A stretch of 62,091 nucleotides of DNA from a virus (lineage: Duplodnaviria > Caudoviricetes). Below the pieces are notes generated by a model. It was not told the origin of the DNA. It worked only from the letters and a program-made list of their open reading frames with translations, and ran no database searches. The DNA lies in the IMG/VR virus record IMGVR_UViG_3300036399_000656, positions 1 to 62,091 of that record. One strand, 5' to 3'. The first letter of the stretch is position 1, and the number at the start of each line of letters is the position of its first letter. Below, one piece after another: positions 1 through 7,239 of the stretch. The translations under genes and the position numbers were made by a program.

Positions 1-262
1 CTTTGCTGTCCTCGGTGCATTCGTACCATTGGCCGTCATGCTTCTCATACCACTCGCCTTCATCTTCCCAATCCCATTCGGTGTAGCAGTAGGCGTCGTC
101 GTCGTATGCCTCGTCGAGGTCGGCGTAGCCACTCTCGATTGCGTAGCGTTCGGCGTCGTCCTTCTCAATGAAGTATTGAAGGCTCTCTTCGAATAGGAAG
201 CCCTCGTTCATGCCCTCGTTTGTTGCACTGCATATGCGTGCGAATCTTTCAGTCGTTTCCAT
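1..262 (-). CDS. Highly acidic small early protein (truncated by window edge), DNA-mimic candidate
   Basis: ATG at 262, open to window edge: METTERFARICSATNEG...DLDEAYDDDAYCYTEWDWEDEGEWYEK; about 28 D/E vs 6 K/R in 87 visible residues; shares the TAAACCAACAGCAAC-ATG leader with the neighbouring gene. Confidence 0.75.
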   Translation of the reverse strand, partial: METTERFARICSATNEGMNEGFLFEESLQYFIEKDDAERYAIESGYADLDEAYDDDAYCYTEWDWEDEGEWYEKHDGQWYECTEDSK

Positions 263-274
263 GTTGCTGTTGGT

Positions 275-460
275 TTAGTAGTCCCTCTTTTCGAGTTCCT
301 TGTTGATTGATTTGATTTCCTTTTGAACTGCCTTCAGGAGTGCCTCGTCCTCGTTGAACACGTGGCGATAAGAACCCGTTAGCAGGTCGTTGATTTGGTG
401 CAGACATTCGATGCGCTCGCACAATTCGAAGTCGCTCATGATTTGGTGCTTGTTAGTCAT
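275..460 (-). CDS. Hypothetical early protein (61 aa)
   Basis: ORF track; same 18-nt start context as the ORF at 262. Confidence 0.7.
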   Translation of the reverse strand: MTNKHQIMSDFELCERIECLHQINDLLTGSYRHVFNEDEALLKAVQKEIKSINKELEKRDY

Positions 461-479
461 GTTGCTGTTGGTTTATTGA

Positions 480-689
480 TTAGTATTTACGTCCTCCATA
501 TGATAACCTTGTCTTCCTGAATGGCGCAAACATGGCGCATTCGGCTTGGTATGTGGCTGTATCGACAACCTCGTAGCCCTTACGCACCATGGATGCAATG
601 AAGTTAGCCTCATGCTGTGCGTCATTGATGTTTACCACCATATCGAAGGAGTACTGCGATGGGCGGCGAAAAAAGAATCGTTTTTTCAT
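480..689 (-). CDS. Hypothetical early protein (69 aa)
   Basis: ORF track; related leader TAAATTCAACAGC-ATG; tightly packed in operon. Confidence 0.7.
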   Translation of the reverse strand: MKKRFFFRRPSQYSFDMVVNINDAQHEANFIASMVRKGYEVVDTATYQAECAMFAPFRKTRLSYGGRKY

Positions 690-702
690 GCTGTTGAATT
701 TA

Positions 703-747
703 GAAACAGGGCAGGGAATCGAACCCTGCCTTGCACCATGCCTGTTT
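703..747 (-). ncRNA. Mini tRNA-like element (acceptor stem plus T-arm, no anticodon arm), copy 1
   Basis: Minus strand AAACAGG-CATGGTGCAAG-GCAGGG-TTCGATT-CCCTGC-CCTGTTT-C: 7-bp stem, 6-bp T-stem, TTCGA T-loop. Confidence 0.75.
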
Positions 748-1222
748 AGATGATTGAGTAATGAGCATCATTTGCGATGGCCTGAGCCGCGAGACGTGCA
801 TACGTCGCACGTTGCGTCTCAGTGCCGGCAACCTGTGGTTCAGGAAGGTCAATCACCTTATCGAGGTCAATTGAGTACATTGCCCGTTGGCCGTTGTGAA
901 TACCGAATTCAGCGGCCTCTTCGATAGTCTCGAAGTGACGGCTAATGTCTAGTACTAGCTTGCCGCTTTCCCACCAACCACCGATGTAGTTGTCGTCCTG
1001 CTCTAGCAACAGGCCGTTGGTTGCAATGAAGTCACGAACGTGCTGTGCAATCATTTCAGCCTGCAATTCACGCTTGTAGCGGATGAATGAGGTCGGAAGG
1101 TCAGCGATGTACTCATGGCCGTGAATCGAGGCAAATGCGCCTGTAGTTGGTATGCCATGGCTGAGGTGGTGAGTAGCCCCGTTGCCCGCAACGAGGGACT
1201 CGACAAAAGTGTTGAGGTTCAT
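746..1222 (-). CDS. Early protein (158 aa), apparently homologous to a module of the 2650-aa giant; possibly SAM-lyase-like fold
   Basis: Motifs NGAT...FIATN...YIGGW...LDIS...AAEFGIHNGQRAMYSID align by eye with giant-protein segment 43887-44204. Confidence 0.7.
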   Translation of the reverse strand: MNLNTFVESLVAGNGATHHLSHGIPTTGAFASIHGHEYIADLPTSFIRYKRELQAEMIAQHVRDFIATNGLLLEQDDNYIGGWWESGKLVLDISRHFETIEEAAEFGIHNGQRAMYSIDLDKVIDLPEPQVAGTETQRATYARLAAQAIANDAHYSII

Positions 1223-1238
1223 ATGATATTGAAATTTA

Positions 1239-1283
1239 GAAACAGGAGCGGGAGTCGAACCCGCTCTTGCACCATGCCTGTTT
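1239..1283 (-). ncRNA. Mini tRNA-like element, copy 2
   Basis: AAACAGG-CATGGTGCAAG-AGCGGG-TTCGACT-CCCGCT-CCTGTTT-C; T-stem differs from copy 1 by compensatory changes. Confidence 0.75.
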
Positions 1284-1767
1284 AGAAGATTGTCGTGTAA
1301 ATGCGGCCGTATGTGCGGCTTTGCTCTGCTAGGTAATCCCTTGCTGTATCGTTGCGCTTGAAGCGAATTGAGCGGCGGTTGTAATGCAGGATATTGTCCT
1401 CATCAATGGCAACCTCAACCCAAGGTGTGTTTGTCATGGATGCGCTGTACGATACACGATGGATGACCCGAACGCCTGTGCTGTTGCTGAATACTGAGAA
1501 GTACTCGTCGTAGCCGTTTGGACTCTCGTTCCTGTCTCGCTTGTACCACTTGACGTTGCCGTCAGTCAGTGTGAGCAAGCTATCAATTCGCTTGTCCCAT
1601 TCACGCGGGTTGTAATCGCGTCCCTGCTCTCTGATTTCATCAGTCGTGAGCGGTATCAGTTGAGCAATTGGCGCATAGTCGTGTATGTGAGCGTCGATTG
1701 TCTCTTGTGATAGGTTCATTTGCTTGAAGATTTCTACTTCGAATGCTGTGCCTTTTGTCATGTTCAT
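1282..1767 (-). CDS. Hypothetical protein (161 aa), first CDS of early operon
   Basis: ORF track; flanked by tRNA-like elements. Confidence 0.75.
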   Translation of the reverse strand: MNMTKGTAFEVEIFKQMNLSQETIDAHIHDYAPIAQLIPLTTDEIREQGRDYNPREWDKRIDSLLTLTDGNVKWYKRDRNESPNGYDEYFSVFSNSTGVRVIHRVSYSASMTNTPWVEVAIDEDNILHYNRRSIRFKRNDTARDYLAEQSRTYGRIYTTIF

Positions 1768-1790
1768 GATGTTGAGTTTTTAAGTGTTTA

Positions 1791-1868
1791 GAACAACGCG
1801 GGGACTCGAACCCCGTGCGATACTAGCAACCTCAGTTATCTAGTATTGCCGCGCCTTGCGTCGTTGCT
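1791..1868 (-). ncRNA. tRNA-like element with long central arm, copy 3
   Basis: AGCAACG/CGTTGTT acceptor stem, CGGGG-TTCGAGT-CCCCG T-arm, central GCAATACTAG/CTAGTATCGC stem; same C-TAAA trailer as copies 1 and 2. Confidence 0.7.
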
Positions 1869-2245
1869 ATAGTTGTCATTGCGGCACGTTTGCCTTTGCG
1901 AGCAGTCACGTTGTTAATGTTAACTGCTCCCCACATCACTGCGGGATTTATATTGCGCTGTTGCGCTTTTTTACAGGCCATTGCGGTACTCTGCTTTTTA
2001 CTCCCGTGCTATTTACACGGCTCAGGCAAGTTTAACCTGTAACTCCTAACCTTGTTACTGACAGGTTGCCAAATGTTGTTGGCCATTTGCGGGCTTGCTC
2101 CCGTCGCGTCGTCGCCTTCGCGCTCACCCTCTTTTGATTGTTGCAGAGAGGGAATCAGAACTGCTAGCTATCTTCAAGTTTCGTAAGCCTCACGGGTTAC
2201 TACTAGTTCGGGTGATGTGAAGCACTCCGTTGTTCCGTTGAACGG
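1869..2245 (-). ncRNA. Long structured 5' leader or large ncRNA candidate
   Basis: No ORF of 60 aa or more; about ten visible hairpins between the promoter at 2249-2256 and tRNA-like copy 3. Confidence 0.5.
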
Positions 2246-2248
2246 GGG

Positions 2249-2277
2249 CAAAGATAATGGTAAGTGATTGTTTCAAA
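2249..2277 (-). promoter_or_regulatory. Bacteroidota-type promoter of early operon
   Basis: TATCTTTG (-7 box) at 2256-2249 and TTTG at 2277-2274. Confidence 0.7.
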
Positions 2278-2340
2278 AAGAATTTAAAGAACCTTCTAAA
2301 ACACCTGTGTTTACAGGGCATTCAGAAAACGCAACCTCTT

Positions 2341-3483
2341 GAAACCCGCGCCAAATCAGCAAAATAACTACATCAAAAAAAAAGTTTCAAAACACCCTAA
2401 AAAAACCTCTGCATCCCTTGTGGCTCTAGGCGTATATGAGTTATTAACAAAAATGAAAATACCTGTTGAAATCCTTGGAAGCCGCGTAAACATTGACTAT
2501 CTTTGTAACCAATAGTGCTGAAAGCCGCGTCAGTATTGAGATACAGGCCGGCGGGAGAAAGTCAAAAATGGTCATTTTGAGGGTATGCGCTAGGCATTGG
2601 AGAGGGTAGCAGACAGGGAAGAAACCCAAAACATCGCGGGATGTTCTCTAGGACAGGCACAGCGCGGGATACAGGGCAAAAATCAACAAAAAGCGTTCAC
2701 TCCCTGTCACGCAGTCTACAGGATATCAGATAGGGGATAAACAAGCAAGCCAAACAGCAGGCAAAGGACAGGCCCAATCGCGGGCAAATCCACCACAGAT
2801 TCCACTAGATAACACACAAACAGCATAGAGATAGGCAAAGAGCAATAAAACCACTCATGCGCGCTCGCACATTGGCTCTCACAATCTAGGGTTGCCCGAA
2901 GCAGAAATTCCAAGCATTGCCTGTATCACAGTATTGACGCGGGTTCTAGGCGGTTTCTATTGGCTTGCATGACCATGTCGAGCGGGTTATTTGGCCTGCA
3001 TGGTGTGCATGGCTGAGCGGAATCTAACGTGCTGATAACTAACACGTTGGTGCTTTTATGCAAACAGGTTGATTATCAATGGGTTAGTCTACTTTCTCCA
3101 CGGGGCGGAGACAAGTTTACGGGGTGTCGAGCAGGCTATCGGGTGCGGGTTGTTGGGTGTGTGTTGCGTGGTCATTGGGTGCCTGTCGTCGGCATAGTAA
3201 GTGTATGATGTACACTAAGTCCTAGCACGTGTAGTAAGTGTATGGTGTACACTATCTCTACAGCCCGCATTGTTCCACGTATGTTCCACGGCCTGCTCCC
3301 CACGTTATCTTGCTGACTATCAGCGACATAGCTAAGTAGGTGTAACTGACTGCAAATCAGCCGATTGGAGGGTACCCCTGTTGCCAAATCGACTTCGGGA
3401 AGGGGTCGCGGCGGTGGCGGTGGGAGGGGTGACCCCAACCACAATTGGTCAATAAAATGTCTAAAAATGTCTAGGAATGTCTA
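2341..3483. repeat. Non-coding repeat-rich region, putative genome terminus or packaging region
   Basis: AA(C/G)CCGCG(T/C)(C/A)A motif at 2341, 2478, 2520 and inverted at 2929-2948; TGAnnAnCA-type palindromes around 3031-3360; GGGGTCGC/GTGACCCC stem 3402-3436; AATGTCTA x3 with 10-bp period 3456-3483. Confidence 0.5.
2498..2505 (+). promoter_or_regulatory. TAnnTTTG promoter box facing into the non-coding region
   Basis: TATCTTTG; no convincing downstream CDS. Confidence 0.4.
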
Positions 3484-3510
3484 ATTTTTTGGATAATAGA
3501 TGATCTTGCA

Positions 3511-3518
3511 TATATTTG
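3511..3518 (+). promoter_or_regulatory. Promoter of basic-protein cluster
   Basis: TATATTTG 13 nt before ATG 3532. Confidence 0.65.
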
Positions 3519-3531
3519 TAAAAAAAAGGCT

Positions 3532-4056
3532 ATGAAGAGCAAATCAATGGCATCACGCCAGTACACTGCAAATATGTTCGGAAAGAGCAGTGGGGACCCT
3601 GGTAAGCGTCAGGCACGTCAAGAGCGTCGTGACGCTAGACAAGCGACTCGTGGCGGTAGCAAAAGCAATGACAATGTTGAGGTTTGTACAGCCAAGACAG
3701 CGAAGGAGGGTAAGTGTGGTGCTTACGCCGGCGGTGGTCCAAGTACGGGCACTGTTCAGAAGGCTAAGAACACAAAGCCTTCTTCGGGTGGTGAGAAGAA
3801 TGTTGTGTTGAAGGAGGGGAGTCGTAAGTTAGCTCGTCATCAGCGCAATTTGGCTAAGGTTCGTGCCAAGGCTCCTGCCCGTCCGATGACCCGTAAGGAG
3901 AAGGAGAAGGCGAATGAGATGCGTCCATCGCGCCAGGATTACAATGACAACAATGTTCCACGAGTTTCGTCTGCTAGACCGGCTCCTAAGCCTGCTAAGA
4001 AGGGTGTGTTGGGTAAAATTTTTAAGACTAGAAAAACTCAGAAAATAACAATCTAA
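3532..4056 (+). CDS. Lys/Arg-rich basic protein (174 aa)
   Basis: ORF track; low complexity, strongly basic. Confidence 0.75.
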   Translation: MKSKSMASRQYTANMFGKSSGDPGKRQARQERRDARQATRGGSKSNDNVEVCTAKTAKEGKCGAYAGGGPSTGTVQKAKNTKPSSGGEKNVVLKEGSRKLARHQRNLAKVRAKAPARPMTRKEKEKANEMRPSRQDYNDNNVPRVSSARPAPKPAKKGVLGKIFKTRKTQKITI

Positions 4057-4060
4057 GGAT

Positions 4061-4420
4061 ATGCCAGAAAAAGTAAAAAAGAACCTGCTAGGTCGTGAGG
4101 TTACCAAATCAAAAACATATATTGGCCCTCCTGGAGTTAGTAAGAGTGACAAGGCAAAGGTGAAAACGAAGACTATTCGCAAGGGCGATACTACCAAGAC
4201 TCGTGAGGTGACTAAATATGGCGGTAAGAGAACGGTAGAAAAGACTAAAAATTACGGAGTTGGTGGGAATTCTTTAACCAAAAAAACGGTAAAATCGGGC
4301 GGCAAAACGGATCGTTCGGTTGAGGTTAAAAAGCCAGGAGAAACATTTACTTACGCCAATATGGGTCCTGCATCCCAGGCCCGTGCATACAATTTCCAAA
4401 AGAAAAAACTCAAAAAATAA
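4061..4420 (+). CDS. Lys/Thr-rich basic protein (119 aa)
   Basis: ORF track; KTKTI/REVTK repeats resemble the ORF at 4739. Confidence 0.75.
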   Translation: MPEKVKKNLLGREVTKSKTYIGPPGVSKSDKAKVKTKTIRKGDTTKTREVTKYGGKRTVEKTKNYGVGGNSLTKKTVKSGGKTDRSVEVKKPGETFTYANMGPASQARAYNFQKKKLKK

Positions 4421-4713
4421 TGAAAAAACCATCAGCCGGCCCAAAGAATCCTTTGAGACTGAAAACTCGACAAGAGAGAAATCAGTCTAAGCTCAACAAG
4501 GTAAACACAAGAATATCAAAGTTGGAATCTAGTCAGAAGGAGTTAAACAAGCAAGAGTACCTGAATAAGGCTGCTAGTAGAATTACTGGTGTTTCTGAAT
4601 CAAGCCTTGCCCAGGGTAAACTTGGACAGCTTCAGAAGAAGAAGCAGCGAATAGAAAATATGATTACTCCAGGAAGACAAAAAACTGTGAAGACAGTAAA
4701 AAAAGGTAAATAA
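4420..4713 (+). CDS. Basic coiled-coil protein (97 aa)
   Basis: ORF track; TAATG translational coupling. Confidence 0.75.
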   Translation: MKKPSAGPKNPLRLKTRQERNQSKLNKVNTRISKLESSQKELNKQEYLNKAASRITGVSESSLAQGKLGQLQKKKQRIENMITPGRQKTVKTVKKGK

Positions 4714-4738
4714 TTTTAATATCAAACAATCCAATAAA

Positions 4739-5158
4739 ATGGCTAGTTCTCCAAAAAACGATAGTACCCGCACCCGCAGAACGCTTGGTGGTGGTACAAA
4801 GACCGTTATCAAGTCGAAAGGTATTACTGGTAAGAAACGCACTGTGCTTCGCGAAATTCCAACTGATAAGGGCGTGGTGACCACTAAAAAAGAAGTTACC
4901 AGAAATAAGTATCCTGATGGCATCAGAACTAAAAGTAAGAAAGAGACTGTGTACAGAGGTGGTCAAAATAAAAACCTAACGACAGTTAAAGAAAAAACAT
5001 CTAAGGGCGGCCTTCTTAACAAGGCGAAGGGTTTGGTTAAAGGTTCTAACAAGTATGCATACACATCAGGTGACAACTTTGTAAGTTCTGCGAAAGAAGT
5101 TAATTATGGCTACGCAAAAAAACTGCAAAAGAGCATAAAAAAGGGAAGAACTAACTAA
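4739..5158 (+). CDS. Lys/Thr-rich basic protein (139 aa)
   Basis: ORF track; A-rich start context. Confidence 0.75.
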   Translation: MASSPKNDSTRTRRTLGGGTKTVIKSKGITGKKRTVLREIPTDKGVVTTKKEVTRNKYPDGIRTKSKKETVYRGGQNKNLTTVKEKTSKGGLLNKAKGLVKGSNKYAYTSGDNFVSSAKEVNYGYAKKLQKSIKKGRTN

Positions 5159-5201
5159 TGGCCAATGCATAATTGGTAAAACAGTAAAAAAGGTAAATAA
5201 A

Positions 5202-5675
5202 ATGGCTATTAAAAAAACGACTCCTCAAAACTCTCCTGACCCTAGACATAAGTCTTATGACAAGTTTAGAAAGGATCCATTAAGTAAGACACCTCAAAGA
5301 GGTGATAAAACAATTCGTTTTGATACGACTGATGCCGGGAAGACTTACACCAAAACTGTTTACAAAAGAGTTGGTGAAAAAAGAACGGACAGAGTAGCCA
5401 AAAAAGATCCTTATGCAAGATTTGGGAGCGATACCATTATAAAGCGAAAAACAGTATCCGCTAACAAGGCATTGCGTCAAGCTACTAGACTGTCTAAGAG
5501 ACCAGAAAACAAGTCTAAGTTAAATAACGAATCAGCACCTAAGAAAAATTCGTCAAAAGAAACTAGCAAGTCGGTTGGTTCTGCTGCTCCAGCTGCTGCT
5601 AAATCTTCTGCTGCTAAATCTGCCGCTGCTAAGAAACAAATTCCAAAAATGCGCGGAAAATACGGAAAAATGTAA
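5202..5675 (+). CDS. Basic protein with AAKS histone-H1-like tail (157 aa)
   Basis: ORF track; AAAKSSAAKSAAAKK. Confidence 0.75.
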   Translation: MAIKKTTPQNSPDPRHKSYDKFRKDPLSKTPQRGDKTIRFDTTDAGKTYTKTVYKRVGEKRTDRVAKKDPYARFGSDTIIKRKTVSANKALRQATRLSKRPENKSKLNNESAPKKNSSKETSKSVGSAAPAAAKSSAAKSAAAKKQIPKMRGKYGKM

Positions 5676-5794
5676 TGGCCAAATCACTAGGCAACGGACT
5701 AAAAACGGTATTCGGGAAGCGCAAGGAGGGTAAATCCTCCAAGCGCAAATCCCCGAAGGATAAGAATGTTAAACCTTCACGAGGACAGGGATGA
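5675..5794 (+). CDS. Small basic protein (39 aa), below ORF-track cutoff
   Basis: MAKSLGNGLKTVFGKRKEGKSSKRKSPKDKNVKPSRGQG; TAATG and ATGA couplings on either side. Confidence 0.7.
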   Translation: MAKSLGNGLKTVFGKRKEGKSSKRKSPKDKNVKPSRGQG

Positions 5795-5949
5795 AAGCAA
5801 AGGCAGGACTATACGCAAATATCAACGCCAAACGCAAGCGCATAGCTGCTGGATCAGGCGAGAAGATGAGGAAGCCCGGAAGCAAAGGCGCTCCTAAGTT
5901 GAAGGACTTCATCAAGTCCAAGTTGACGGCTAAAAAGAAAAATAAATAA
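5791..5949 (+). CDS. Small basic phage protein (52 aa), below ORF-track cutoff
   Basis: MKAKAGLYANINAKRKRIAAGSGEKMRKPGSKGAPKLKDFIKSKLTAKKKNK; GLYANI..KRKRI motif recurrent in aquatic phages. Confidence 0.75.
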   Translation: MKAKAGLYANINAKRKRIAAGSGEKMRKPGSKGAPKLKDFIKSKLTAKKKNK

Positions 5950-5950
5950 C

Positions 5951-6214
5951 ATGGCACGAACAGCTGCTTGGCAGCGTAAGGAAGGCAAGAACCCAAAGGG
6001 CGGATTGAACGCCAAGGGTCGTGCTGCGTACAAACGCGAAACAGGAGGTACATTGAAGCCACCAGTTTCAGCCAAGCAAGCAAAGAAGTCTCCCAAGAGC
6101 GCTGCCAGGCGGAAGTCCTTCTGTGCTAGAATGGGTGGTATGCCTGGTCCTATGAAGAAGCCTAACGGCAAGCCCACAAGGAAGGCGTTGGCTCTCCGCA
6201 AGTGGGACTGCTAA
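5951..6214 (+). CDS. DUF6321-like basic phage protein (87 aa)
   Basis: WQRKEGKNPKGGLNAKGRA...RRKSFCARM...LRKWDC signature. Confidence 0.8.
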   Translation: MARTAAWQRKEGKNPKGGLNAKGRAAYKRETGGTLKPPVSAKQAKKSPKSAARRKSFCARMGGMPGPMKKPNGKPTRKALALRKWDC

Positions 6215-6255
6215 AGATGCACGGGTTGTGTAGACGGCCCGTTATAATTACGGTT

Positions 6256-6283
6256 AAAGCCGATCAGTGATGGTCGGTTTTTT
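6256..6283 (+). terminator. Intrinsic terminator, probably bidirectional
   Basis: AAAGCCGATCA-GTGA-TGGTCGGTTTTTT at the convergence of two operons. Confidence 0.75.
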
Positions 6284-6359
6284 CTATTATACGAACTAAG
6301 GCGTAAACACCCACGTACAGGATCAGAGCTGCAAGCCCTAGGATAATGTAAGTTTCCAT
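6264..6359 (-). CDS. Single-TM microprotein (31 aa)
   Basis: METYIILGLAALILYVGVYALVRIIEKTDHH. Confidence 0.5.
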   Translation of the reverse strand: METYIILGLAALILYVGVYALVRIIEKTDHH

Positions 6360-6451
6360 ACGAGTATAAAATAAAGTATTGTTAGAATTAAGTAGTAGAC
6401 GACTACGGTGTACCAGTGGGGCTTGTTAATTTCCCACCAGATCTTTCTCAT
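6338..6451 (-). CDS. Single-TM microprotein (37 aa)
   Basis: MRKIWWEINKPHWYTVVVYYLILTILYFILVWKLTLS. Confidence 0.5.
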   Translation of the reverse strand: MRKIWWEINKPHWYTVVVYYLILTILYFILVWKLTLS

Positions 6452-6459
6452 ACCGCGCC

Positions 6460-6576
6460 TCACATCAGATTTGCACATACTTGAATGATATAAAAGGTTA
6501 ACACGCCAACGGCGATCATAACTAAATACGGGATGAGGTGTTCGATGTCCTTGCGGAAGTTATATTTCTTCTTCAT
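6460..6576 (-). CDS. Single-TM microprotein (38 aa)
   Basis: MKKKYNFRKDIEHLIPYLVMIAVGVLTFYIIQVCANLM, from internal ATG of track ORF 6460..6642. Confidence 0.55.
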   Translation of the reverse strand: MKKKYNFRKDIEHLIPYLVMIAVGVLTFYIIQVCANLM

Positions 6577-6853
6577 GCTTCCAAAGTTTTTTAACGTCAA
6601 ACAATAAATCGTCAAATGACTGTGACACGTACTGGCCCTCAACAGAGTCCCCCCATTCCTTACCTTCCATGCTTTCTAGCCAGTAAACGACGTCTTTATC
6701 TCCCGTGTCGTAGTGCCATGAAGCTACACGGGCCTTGTAAATTGCTAGGTGATCGGTTGGATCTCCGTGATCGTGCCATATCGAGATGGCATAAACCTCC
6801 GTGCCTGGTGCATAGGCAAAGATTGTGTAGGTTGTTTTATTTTTCATATTCAT
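6560..6853 (-). CDS. Hypothetical protein (97 aa)
   Basis: ORF track; starts 8 nt after a tRNA-like element. Confidence 0.7.
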   Translation of the reverse strand: MNMKNKTTYTIFAYAPGTEVYAISIWHDHGDPTDHLAIYKARVASWHYDTGDKDVVYWLESMEGKEWGDSVEGQYVSQSFDDLLFDVKKLWKHEEEI

Positions 6854-6861
6854 TTGTTTTG

Positions 6862-6957
6862 TAGCCAGGACAGGACTCGAACCTGTATGGGTGAAAATTT
6901 ATACGTCGTTTCTACACCCTTACTACGCTTAGCGTCTACCAATTCCGCCACCTGACT
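6862..6957 (-). ncRNA. tRNA-Leu-scaffold RNA without canonical anticodon arm
   Basis: AGTCAGG-TGGCGGAATTGGTAGACGC (Leu-type D arm)...ACAGG-TTCGAGT-CCTGT-CCTGGCT-A; centre is a GGGTG/CACCC stem; no 5-bp/7-nt anticodon arm; no CCA. Confidence 0.75.
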
Positions 6958-6965
6958 ATAATATT

Positions 6966-7223
6966 TTAAGATTCAATAGGTGATAGTTTAAAGTCAACCA
7001 TGTATACATCATTAACTTTTATTATTTCTGAATTAACTTTCATTCCGCCATGCGAATCAATGGAGATTCTACGTTCAACTCTTTCTATGAAATACTTAAT
7101 ATGTGTTTGTGTTGTTTTGTCATATTCAAAAACTATGTGGTCGGCTGCGATGCATCTTCCGACACTAAATAATTGTTCAACTACAAAGTTGACAATTCTC
7201 GATGTTCTACCTGTTTGTCTCAT
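6966..7223 (-). CDS. Hypothetical protein (85 aa) between two tRNA-like repeats
   Basis: ORF track; AT-rich; N-terminal RQTGRT resembles a degenerate P-loop. Confidence 0.7.
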   Translation of the reverse strand: MRQTGRTSRIVNFVVEQLFSVGRCIAADHIVFEYDKTTQTHIKYFIERVERRISIDSHGGMKVNSEIIKVNDVYMVDFKLSPIES

Positions 7224-7239
7224 TTTTTTATTTTTTTTG

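Noticed and set aside
703-1283. CRISPR array or attC integron
   Set aside because: Spacers are whole genes, the repeats carry T-loops, and no cas or integrase gene is in the window
1791-2245. tmRNA
   Set aside because: The acceptor stem closes locally within 78 nt; no alanine-identity acceptor end or tag ORF seen
2444-3444. Track ORFs 2444..2629, 2716..2913 and 3172..3444
   Set aside because: Non-ATG or weak starts, unnatural composition, and they lie in repeat-rich DNA
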